Source: the human T2T-CHM13v2.0 reference genome, Homo sapiens
DNA length: 64,000 nucleotides
Assembly: GCF_009914755.1 (NCBI RefSeq)
Contig: NC_060926.1
Strand: one strand, 5' to 3'
Shown in pieces: positions 47,381 through 64,000 of the stretch. Positions within the stretch are counted from its first letter, which is position 1; every line of letters begins with the position of its first letter. Made by a program: the position numbers and the translations under genes. The notes under the pieces were generated by a model, which saw nothing but the letters and a program-made list of their open reading frames with translations, searched no databases and had not been told where the DNA came from.

Positions 47381-48977
47381 CCAGGAGTCTACATTTCACA
47401 TGCAGAAGAATAACACAATTAAAATTGGGTTGTTGAAAGATTAATCTGTCAATGAAATAGAGAATGCATTGAAGGAAGGGAAGGAGAGGCAGAAAATGAG
47501 AGAGGCTAAAGAAGGGGATAAATGTTAAATCCAATGAAGCCTTGAACTAGAGGGATGGAAATAATAATGCTCAGGTCAGAGAAGATGCTGCAAAAAGAGA
47601 ATCAACAGCACTGGGAAACAGAATGAATTTGGGCTCAAAAGAACTTGCTAACAAACATATTTTTTTAGAATTGATCTAACTAAAGCTTCTGATATGATGA
47701 ATCAATATAAGATTTTTAAAAATTTTCTCACCTAAGACAGTCTCTAGATAGAGTTGCATCTCTTAGAAATGTTAATATTTATTCTTACTAATAAAATATT
47801 ATAAACTAATCTGCCAAACAAAACATATATATTTCTTGCAGTTATTTGAATAATAAACTAACATTTATTGAGCACTTACCAGAAAACATGAAAAAGAGTT
47901 TATGTATTACATTTATTATCTAATTAAAATCTATAAAAAATCTATAGGTTGGGGGGTGGAGCCAAGATGGCCGAATAGGAACAGCTCCAGTCTACAGCTC
48001 CCAGCGTGAGCGATGCAGAAGACGGGTGATTTCTGCATTTCCAATTGAGGTACTGGGTTCATCTCACAGGGGAGTGCTGGACAGTGGGTGCAGGACAATG
48101 GATGCAGCGCACCATGCATGAGCCAAAGCAGGGCGAGGCATCGCCTCACCCGGGAAGCACAAGGGGTCAGGGAGTTCCCTTTCCTAGTCAAAGAAAGGGG
48201 TGACAGACGGCACCTGGAAAATCGGGTCACTCCCACGCTAATACTGCATTTTTCCAATGGGCTTCAAAAACGGCACACCAGGAGATTATATCCCGCACAT
48301 GGCTTGGAGGGTCCCATGCCCACGGAGCCTCACTCATTGCTAGCATAGCAGTCTGAGATCAAACTGCAAGGTGGTAGCGAGGCTGGGGGAGGGGCGCCCA
48401 CCATTGCTCAGGCTTGAGTAGGTAAACAAAGTGTCCAGGAAGCTCGAAGTGGGTGGAGCCCACCACAGCTCAAGGAGGCCTGCCTGCCTCTGTAGGCTCC
48501 ACCTCTGGGGGCAGGGCACAGACAAACAAAAGACAGCAATAACCTCTGCAGACTTAAATGTCCCTGTCTGACAGCTTTGAAGAGAGTAGTGGTTCTCCCA
48601 GCACACAGCTTGAGATCTGAGAACGGGCAGACTGCCTCCTCAAGTGGGTCCCTGACCCCCTAGTAGCCTAACTTGGAGGCACCCCCGAGTAGGGGCGGAC
48701 TGATGCCTCACACAGCTGGGTACTCCTCTGAGACAAAATTTCCAGAGAACGATCTGGCAGAAGCATTTGCGGTTCACCAATATCTGCTGTTCTGTAGCCA
48801 CTGCTGCTGATACCCAGGCAAACAGGGTCTGGAGTGGACCTCCAGTAAACTCCAACAGACCTGCAGCTGAAGGTCCTGGCTGTTAGAAGGAAAACTAACA
48901 AACAGAAAGGACACCCACACCAAAACCCATCTGTACGTCACCATCATCAAAGACCAAAGGTAGATAAAACCACAAAG

Positions 48978-49989
48978 ATGGGGAAAAAACACAGCAGAAA
49001 AACCAGAAACTCTAAAAATCGGAGAGCCTCTCCTCCTCCAAAGGAACGCAGCTCCTCACCAGCAACAGAACAAAGCTGGACAGAGAATGACTTTGACAAG
49101 TTGAGAGAGGAAGTCTTCAGAAGATCAAACTTCTCTGAGCTAAAGGAGGAAGTTCAAACCAATGGCAAAGAAGTTAAAAACTTTGAAAAAAAATTAGATG
49201 CAGGGATAACTAGAATAATCAGTGCAGAGAAGTCCTTAAAGGACCTGATGGAGCTGAAAACCACGGCATGAGAACTACGTAACTAATGCACAAGCCTTAG
49301 TAACCGAGGCAATCGACTGGAAGAAACGGTATCAGCAATGGAAGATGAAATGAATGAAATGAAGCATGAAAAGAAGTTTAGAGAAAAAAGAATAAAAAGA
49401 AACAAACAAAGCCTCCTAGAAATATATCACTATGTGAAAAGACCCAATCTACATCTAATTGGTGTACCTGAAAGTGATGGGGAGAATGGAACCAAGTTGG
49501 AAAACACTCTGCAGGATATTATCCAGGAGAACTTCCCCAATCTAGCAAGGCAGGCCCACATTCAAATTCAGGAAATATAGAGAATGCCACAAAGATACTC
49601 CTCGAGAAGAGCAACTACAAGACACATAATTGTCAGATTCACCAAAGTTGAAATGAAGGAAAAAATGTTAAGGGCAGCCAGAGAGAAAGGTTGGGTTACC
49701 CACAAAGGGAAGCCCATCAGACTAACAGCTGATCTCTCAGCAGAAACTCTACAAGCCAGAAGAGAGTGGGGGCCAATATTCAACATTCTGAAAGAAAAGA
49801 ATTTTCAACCCAGAATTTCATATCCAGCCAAATTAAGCTTCATAAGGAGAAATAAAATACTTTACAGACAAGCAAATGCTGGGAGATTTTGTCACCACCA
49901 GGTCTGCCTTACAAGACCTCCTGAAGGAAGCACTAAACATGGAAAGGAACAACCGGTACCAGCCACTGCAAAAACATGCCAAATTGTAA
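48978..49989 (+). pseudogene. L1 ORF1p, disrupted (stop at 49269-49271 and others; 5-bp deletion near 49845)
   Basis: MGKKHSRKTRNSKN...; RPNLHLIGVPE; ORF pieces 48978, 49338, 49584. Confidence 0.93.
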
Positions 49990-50052
49990 AGACCATCAAG
50001 GCTAGGAAGAAACTGCATCAACTAACGAGCAAAATAACCAGCTAACATCGTA

Positions 50053-53877
<3,825 letters not shown>

Positions 53878-56493
53878 ACAATGAGAACACATGAACACAG
53901 GAAGGGGAACATCACACACCGGGGACTGTTGTGGGGTGGGGGGAGGGGGGAGGGATAGCATTAGGAGATATACCTAATGCTAAATGACGAGTTAATGGGT
54001 TCAGCACACCAACGTGGCACATGTATACATATATAACAAACCTGCACATTGTGCACATGTACCCTAAAACTTAAAGTATAATAATAATAAATTTAAAAAA
54101 CTATAGGTACGTATAGTTATTATCCCCCTTTTACAAGTGAGAAAATTGAAAATTAGATCACTTAAGCAATATTAAGCCAGAATTTGAACTCAACTCTGCA
54201 GCAAGTCAGAGTTTGTAGCATGACTATTTAGTCAAAATCACATGTGAAATAATCATAATTACTTCATCCTGAAGACCACAGAGCTCACAGAATTTGTCCT
54301 ACCTACTTATCAAAATGAAATCTTCAAATCTTTTATTCAAATATGATCAATATCTACTGAGCATCTACCATGTGCCAACCTCTGCATTAGATGCTTAGAC
54401 ACCGGATTTTTAGGTATGAAATTCTACAGGACAGAGAAAAAGAAAAACATATAAACATCCAGAGAAATTTTACATTCCTGCTGCTCAGCTACTTAGACTC
54501 TTTGTGCTGATTAGGGGAAGCGGATGGAGAGAAGAATTGGACGGCACTAAGACAAACTCATTCTACACAGGAAGTGGCATGGAGCTGCCCCCTGAAGAAG
54601 AAACAGGTTTCTGAGGGCTGGAATGGAGAAGTGAGTAAGGACTGAGAACAGAGTTGGTACATGCTGGAATCTTCGCAAGAAGAGAGGAGAGATTAAGCCA
54701 TTTATGCTGCTGGAGAAGGGGCACTTTGCGGAAGGAGAGACGTTCAGGAGAAAAATGTAAAGAAATTTTGCTCTGTGATGTGCTGTGTAATCCCACCTTT
54801 AATGGTCTCAAGAAACATTTAGGGAAGGAACACATTACATTTAAAGACTTTGGGAGATTGAATTTTTCTTAACTACAGATGCACTGCCTTGGTAGTTAGG
54901 ATATGCTTAGACAAATCAGCCTCAATGTTTTATATACATGCTGAAGTATATATATGTCATGCCAATTCTGAAATATGGTTCATTCAGTCTGTTTCTATTT
55001 ATCATTAAAATACTAAAGTTTAAAAATAAATTTCCTTTTATTTGGAAATGATATCAGATTCATGGATATCCTTATAATAGTACTCATTCATGTTCTGCAA
55101 TCCTAATTTTTAAGGGGGTGACAATGTGGTGGAGGTATAATTAGCAGGAACACAGTTGAATATAACTTTCGTGGAGCATGCCACAGCATTTAGAATGATC
55201 TACCATGATGGTTTTTAAACAATATAAATAATCCACAGAGAGGGAAAACTGTAGAAATGAGAAATTGAGGATTGAGAATGGCAGTCTCAGAAAAAGTTGC
55301 CTGCCTCAGGTTCCATAGTCCTACTTTCAATCTCCCTCCCCACCATCCCCCAAATTTTAGTTCTAAGTCTGCCCTTATTTAGAATGCATGTAAGAAATAC
55401 TAGATCTATGGCTCTAGGGAAAAACCAAAGTTGTTTCTGATTCTCCTCTGCCTTCATATTTTAGGAACCAAATTTTGTTTCTTTACATCTCATTTCCTAA
55501 GGAGCTAGCTTTCTTCTCTTTGCTTGGGTTTTGCCATGATTACCATCAACAACGGATTCAGATTCTTAGACTAGAACCTATACTCTAGCAAAGGTTTAAG
55601 AAAAGGCATGCAAGATAAAATCTCTAACAAATATTACTAAACATAATAATATCCTGATCTCCCTTTTCCCATGGATTAATCTCTAAGCATAAACTCATTC
55701 TAGATGTGAGCTCCTGAGTAATTTCTTAGATAACCTATCCCTGACCTTACTCTCCTTTTTGGGCACTGTCTTGACTATTGGCCTGAGATTTGCCTGGTTT
55801 TGTTCATCCATCTCTTGGCTAGTTATGGCTCCCTTCCTTTAGACTTCAGAACAATCTTACTCTATTTCTAATGTTCCATTCCCCAAACCAACCCCTCCCT
55901 CAACTCTCCTGTCACTTCACTGCTGAGTCACAAGAGAAGTGAGGAAGGCTAGGCCAGAACAGGAAAGCTAGGCTACAGGTTGTGAGGGCAAATGTGGCAT
56001 AAGAGGTCATGTCCTGAGAGGTCCACATAGACAGGAGCCATGGGTACAATTAATTCATTCAGGAAGAATCTGAGGGCCTTAGATCCAGCCAGAAGAGACT
56101 CATGCATGAGAGGGTTTAAGTTAGCAGGCTGAGGTTAAGTATGGACACAGATGCAAGTAAGGCATGTAGAAACAGGCTAGAGGTGGTCAGAGATCCAGAT
56201 TAAAATACATAGTATGGGCAGGATGGAGTGCTGGATAGGATGTAGAGTGAGAAAACAAAAATAAAATAAAATAAAAATTTAAAAAGTCATATTTGTATGG
56301 TATAAACAAAAAACCCAAACAGAAATAAACTGAATATGTGAATGATCCTAGGGCAAGAACAGGGTATCTCATATGCCAGTTCAAATGTCCTTCTTGGTGA
56401 AGGTAACCTTGACTGCTTTGCAAAATTAATCCACATTATAAAGACATTTTTGTCAATAGTTATAACAGGCAGAGAGCTACAAACTTTTACTTA

Positions 56494-56843
<350 letters not shown>

Positions 56844-56866
56844 ATATATAGAATGAATATTGCTGC

Positions 56867-56897
<31 letters not shown>

Positions 56898-57899
56898 GTA
56901 TTTGCCTTATTTCCCTGCTTAAAGTTTCTCCCCCAAAAGCATGCGAGCATCTTTGTATATAAATGTCTTCTCACTTAGAAATCATCCATAATCCAGCATG
57001 AACTGAATAGTAATTATTTCCTCTATAACCAAGAACTTTTTCAGTTAAATTTTTCTGAGTAATTTTTCACAAAGCAAAGCATTAAATGCTATCATCTGAC
57101 ACATGAAATGCCTATTTTATAACCTAGTGTTGGGGTCAGGGATGAGTAGGTAGGAGGGTTAAGGGAAAGAAATGATTACTCCACTACTGCACCACAGTTA
57201 GAGTGAAGAATGCAGATTTTTTTTTCTCATTTTTGCTAGCATTGTTTGCTTCTGAGTATGTTAGATAACCTTATTTTGTCACTCTGCCCTAATGTTGACT
57301 CTTCTATACTACATAACAATGCAGGAGCTAATCATGAGATTGTGGATTAAGCTACATGAGATCCTCTTAAAAACATATCTGTGGAAGCACAGCATATTAT
57401 AATTAAGACAGTTTTCACAGCCTTGAAATCCTCTAAAGGCCCCAGGGTTGGTTTGGTTTGGTGCCAGAACATGTCAGGTTGACAGCCAACAATCATTGCT
57501 TGTTTCATTTTTTGTTTTAACAAAGAGAAGCCTTCTGGCCTACTACTCCTGCATGTTACATCACCACACTACCACAGGAGTTTGATGAGTTTCAATTGAT
57601 TTAAGTTGGCACTCATTATAAAATGATAGATGCTGGGCTGACACAAGATAAGACAGTCATTTCTACATTGGCAAAATAAAATAAAAGTTGGGGGGAAGGA
57701 TAGCTTTTCTTGCTTCAACAATTTAGTTCTATCCCCTTATCTTGCTCTATTAACTTTAACACACGGTTTTCTATATCACATTAAGTAAAAAACAATTTTT
57801 AAGTGGATTTAGGATCAGACACTTCAGAAACATCACAGGGTGAGCTAAGGAAGGGGGGCTCACAAAGGCATAGAGAAAGGTTCGTCTGAAAAGCTCAGA

Positions 57900-58320
57900 A
57901 AGAGCCATAGAGAGCTTTGTCATGGAAGCCAAAGGGTTGTGGATTTTTCCCTTATAAAGTATATTAAATAAGGTTGAGAGAACTTGCTCAACAAAGAAGT
58001 TGAATATGAAGAAGGCCTGAAAGTGACCATTGGCATTGACAATTAGGATAACATTAATTACCTCACAGAGCAACTATGACAGAGTTGTGAAGGTAGATAA
58101 AGTACATTGTGAGGCAGTATGGATAATGAAAATCTGGATTCTAAGTAGAAATGCGGGTATGAGCAGCCAGGATATTGATAGGGGCAGTCAAGAAAAGAAT
58201 TCTACTGAAATAAGGTAAAGAAAGATTTTTTTAAGGGTTGGAGAAAGGAGCATATTCACTGTCTGAAAGGAAGGAACCAGTAGAAGAAAACAGATTGAAG
58301 GCATAGCTGAGAGAGCTGAG
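57900..58320 (-). mobile_element. L2 relic
   Basis: gaaggcctgaaagtgaccattggcattgacaatt-type antisense L2 block. Confidence 0.55.
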
Positions 58321-58649
58321 TGCTGGGTCCATTTTGGATCCTATCTATATGCTCAGTTATCACCCTAGATTCTTCGACTAATTCTTTGTCCAAAGAAAAT
58401 GCCAAAAGCTCTAGGCTAGTGTCAGAGCCTCAAGTCACCCTCATTGCTTTCTGCTACTTGCTGACTTTGTTACAGGTCCTAGTTCTTGGGTTCTGGCTCT
58501 ATCCCTTGTGGCCAAGCCCTTGACTTAAGCCTCAATTCATTCCAATTATTCTATTTCAAGTTCTCAATTTGATTCATTTCTGAGAATTCTTGTTGAACTC
58601 TCTAGAAATGAGGTTTTTGCCTCACACTTCACTTTCTTCTTAGGTATGG

Positions 58650-59160
58650 TATTATACACTTATAACTGCCTACGTCGCAGCCATTTCCCACCTTCTTCTT
58701 CCTGGTTAATATAACCCCAATTCTGTTCAGATCTCCAGTGACAATATACTTTAAGGGATGGTCAGCCCCTTCCCACCCTGGGAGGGGAATTTACTTAGTC
58801 AAAGCTAGTTATGTAAATTCTATTTCCCTGGACAGTAATTGGTTCTGGAAAAGGATGTTTCAAAATTCTTATCTGATGGCAGTCTGAAGTCCTGGAAGAA
58901 AGATTTCCACTTTTTCTACTGGATATAGCTGTGTCTACATGGAATACCTGGCAAATGGACTCATCCAGCAACCATGAAAGAACAAGACAGAGCTGCCGAG
59001 CAAAAAGGAGAGAACCTGGGTGCATGGAATATTGTCAAACCACTGTGTTAGTTAGTGGTACCCAGAATTGCCTACCTTTGGTTTTCTTGTTATATAAGTT
59101 GTTTTCTCAAATATGTTTCATTGGGCTTTCTGTTTCTTAAAAAAGATTCTAAGTGACATA
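58650..59160 (+). mobile_element. MLT1 (K/L-like) MaLR relic
   Basis: ccccaattctgttcag...ctggatatagctgtgtctacatggaatacctgg; ends ...ttctaagtgacataca-like. Confidence 0.5.
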
Positions 59161-60004
59161 CTGTAAAAGAAAAGGCTGAGAAAAACTGACTTTATTGAGG
59201 TCATACTACATAACAAATATTTTGCATCCATTATTTGGCTTAATTTTTATAACCACCTTATGAAGTTCATATTTGATCTCCATTTAAAGAGGAGTACAAC
59301 CCAAAAAGCCTGAATTTTCCCCCATGAGGTCAGAAGTCTTGACCCAAAATTTTCATATGCATCATCAAGCATTGCATCTAGTTTTGACTGATACCTGTTT
59401 CCCAGACTTCAAACTTTTATGAATTTCAAAGTACTTCAGTAGAACATGGGGGTATGAGTAAAAATTGCAAAATAAGGCAGATTGTTCAAACCTTAGCACA
59501 TTTATTAGTTTGGTGAACTAAGATTACTCAGATCCTAAATTCTGTATTAGTATTTGTAAAAGGCAATAATAGTACCTATTCACAAATTGTACAACATTTA
59601 ACAAATACCAATACAGCTTAGTCATGTAACAAATGTGCTTTATTTATATTAATGCTGCTAGTGCAAAATATACAGTCAAGTTTTAAAAATCATATCATAG
59701 AATTTTAGGACTATAAGAGATTGCAGAAATGAAATTTTGTAATACACCTGCCATTGAGCACAGAAAACTTAACCTGCAATTCAAAAAATAGCTCAGAGCT
59801 AAATATATAAGTGATCTTCTTATGAGTTACTTTTAAAAAGCTAAATATAATAACTTTATGTCATTAAATTTATGATAACCGTCATTTGGAATTAATGACC
59901 AGCTACGTAAACACAGCTACATGGAGAAAGAAAGGAAAACAAATTTAGTTAGAATTTAAGAACATGGTCATCTTACTGCATTTTACCATATCTGGTGGAC
60001 AACT

Positions 60005-60250
60005 CTGTAGTGTTGTATAATTGAGAAAACATTAAACTTGGAATCAAAAGATGTAGCTGACATCAAGCCCCTTCTCCATTATTCATTATGTCTGTAACTT
60101 TGTGCAAGTCATTTACTGCCTCTAAATCTCAATCTTTTTATCTTTAAAATGGGAGTGATAATTTAGCCTTTTGCTTATCTCACAGATTAATTCTAAAGTC
60201 AAAGTATATACAAAAGCCTTTTATGCATTGAAATATGCAGCATACATGAA
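60005..60250 (+). mobile_element. MIR relic
   Basis: cttggaatcaaaaga...gcaagtcatttactgcctctaaatctcaatc...atctttaaaatggg. Confidence 0.65.
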
Positions 60251-61418
60251 AGGAAAATAATAAAAATTTCAGTGAACACAAACGGTGGAAACTTCAGACT
60301 GCATATTCTGTAACGTGTTCTTGAAGTTATTTTTCCTTAGGATATTTACTCATTACCTACTCTGAAGAATCAGCAGCCTTTCTGAAACTGCACACTACTA
60401 ACATAGCATAGTGCCATGGATGGCTATAGATTCAACCTGAGCCTTTTGATGATGATGAGCTTTGAAGGATTCCCATCTCTAGAGCTGTGCGCACTTTGCT
60501 CACTGTACTTGATAGAATCAAGCTACAGGCTTAGCATATGATAGTTGGTTTGAGTCAAGTTTGGAAATCACTCAATCAAGAAACCACTCAATCACCCTGT
60601 CTAGAAAACAAATGAATTAGAGAAGAAAAAACCAAGATGACTCAGACCCAATTCTCAAAGTGTTTTTAATGGGACATTGATTCGGCCCATACTGAATTTT
60701 ATTTACTAAAAATAAAAAATAATGTTGGCAATACTCTTTGTGGAGTCTCTTCCAGACAGCTGTAACATCTGAGAAACACTTGGAATGCTGCCTATAAAGT
60801 TCTATAAATAACAGCATCATCCTTATCTAGGATTATTTTTCTAATTCCATAAGGCCTTAAATAAACTGAGTCATTTTCCAGGAATGTCAGAAAGCTCTAG
60901 AAATCAGTAAATTGGGCCTCACTACTCGCTATTCTATTATTGCAATTATCAGTTGCTATGAAAGTCCAGAATTCCTGTTATCCATAGAAACTACGCTTTC
61001 TATGCTGATCAGATTCTCAGGCTGGCCCAAAAACTGACCGCAAATTCAATATGAGACAAATAGGAAGGGGCTGCTCAGAAAGCCAAGGTAATTACTGACT
61101 GCATTGACAGTGAACACTATACAAGATTGAAAACAAACTGGGAGCAAGAGAGCCATGTACCAATTCTGGGGTCATGGTTGAAAAGGAATATGTTCAAGAA
61201 AGACCAGAGAAATACAACTAGAAACCCACAAGTTATCTATTTCTTTCCCTTCATACTTAAGCATTTAAAAGGCATAGTCTACATTGGTCGACAATCCTCC
61301 TATTCACTGAAAAATGTATTACAACATTAGGTACATATAAAAGGAAATTATCAGTTTGGAAATACCACAAACTAGAGTATATATTGAAAACTGCAATTTT
61401 TTCATTATAAGAAATGCA

Positions 61419-62460
<1,042 letters not shown>

Positions 62461-62499
62461 TATGGTCCTCCTATCACTTTTCAATCCACGCATTTTTAA

Positions 62500-63350
62500 T
62501 TGTGTTGCAGTTCTCCTCAAAATTTGTTCTGCTTCAGGTCATGACTGAGCTTCATGTTATCAAAGTCAGTGAGCAATTTCGTGATTTTTTTTGGCAGTAT
62601 TTGAGAATCTAGACAACTCTTCCCTTCTTGAAACTGTCTTTCATTTCATCTGTGACATTACTCTCTTGACTTTCCTTTTACCTTTTGCTCTGATCTCTCT
62701 AGCTTTCATTGCCTCCTCCATCTGTCCCCATAATGCTGATGTGACCCAGTGCTCCATCTTCAACCACTCCTCTTCTCATATACTTAGTCTTACCCAGTGT
62801 CCTTCCCATAACCATTGTTTAGTAGACATCTATATTCTAACGATTCATACATCCATTAACTCAAACCCATGTCTCCAGCTATAATACTAGATCTCTGGAG
62901 CCAAATGACTACTTGGCATTGTTGGCAAGATTTCCTAAGGGCATCTCAAAATCAACAACTTTAAAAGAGAATCTTTCTTCTACTCCCCCTCCTTCCAAAA
63001 TCTGCTCCTCTTGCTTCATGACTTACCCCAGATGTTGACACCACCCTCTACTTGGTCAGCAAGTCAGAAATAGAAAGCCATCCTACACTCCTCCCTTGCC
63101 ATCACTGCCCTTCATCCTCTGCATCTCATCAGCCAGTTTGTCATAGAGATTACTTTATATGAGTATCTCTCATGTGTGCAGATTCCTCTTCACTCCCTCT
63201 GCTGCTGCCTTAGTTCAAGGACCCATTATTTTTCTGTTGGGCATTTGCAGTAGCCTTTTAAATTGTCCCCCTGGAGCCAGGCTGTACCTCCAGAATCTAT
63301 CATCTGCACCTTTCAGAGTAATCTTTATAAAATGCAAATCTCATCATAAG
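62500..63350 (+). mobile_element. L2 relic
   Basis: ttggcagtatttga...actcttcccttcttgaaact; catctcaaaatcaac; gtaatctttataaaatgcaaatct. Confidence 0.7.
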
Positions 63351-64000
63351 ACAGGTAGGGTGCTATCCTCATGTATACAATATTCCTACACTTCTCAACG
63401 CTCACACTGCTCCAGGCCACAGTGCCAAGCCCATTACTCTACTCAGAGATGGTCGCCAATCCTCCTGCAGTTACCAACGCAGAATTTCCACTGAGCTGCC
63501 ACCTGTAGATTAAGGCGAATGCTTTGCCACCCACCAGTTGTTACTTTAGTTAGTTCTTAGCCCACCCAGCTACCACCAGAGTATGAATTCTTACCTCAAC
63601 CCCTTTTTCCTTCAGCCAAATAACCACATTTGAAATCCCTTCTTGGCCTTCAGCTATGATCTCTGAATATCTCTTTCCACAACCAAATATTTTGGAAATT
63701 CTAAATTCTTTACCAAATAATATTTATTTGTTGTAGTGTTTCAAGACAAAACATGCAAATCTTGGCTGCTCATTGCTTGACCTAATCCCTAGTAACCTCC
63801 AAGTTAGGTCTCCTACTCCTCCCACTACATTTTACTTCCAAGCCATCTTGTGCTCTTACATGACTCCAAGTACTTTCTATCTTATAATTCCTACCAAAAC
63901 TCTGTCTCCAGCCAAACTCATATCTTGAGCTCCGCATCTAACTCCTACTAGACATCTCCATTTGAATGTGTCCTAAACACTTTGAACTCAAAACTAAATT

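Overview
Primate (ape, probably human) AT-rich intronic or intergenic DNA made mostly of interspersed repeats. I found no recognisable host protein-coding gene, RNA gene or prokaryotic system. The ORFs in the track that resemble real proteins are broken LINE-1 ORF1/ORF2 pieces or a Tigger1 remnant; the rest are Alu-, microsatellite- or chance-derived. Main structures: (1) a ~14.6 kb nested stack (12.0-26.6 kb) in which an old L1MC hosts an ERVL-type solo LTR, which hosts a Tigger1 (itself carrying an AluS) and a 9.6 kb composite L1; (2) that composite L1 reads L1PA7 5' part / L1PA3-4-type 5'UTR-to-mid-ORF2 / L1PA7 3' part, with no inner poly(A); (3) a full-length dead L1PA3/4 at 47950-54100 that shares disabling lesions with the inner L1 28.5 kb upstream; (4) a twin-primed (5'-inverted) L1MA at 44.7-47.4 kb. 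The rest is Alus, MaLR LTRs, MER47A, MER3, MIR and L2 relics, and microsatellites. Subfamily names come from remembered consensus motifs, not from a database search. The most interesting signal is the apparent copying of one dead L1 into a neighbouring older L1.
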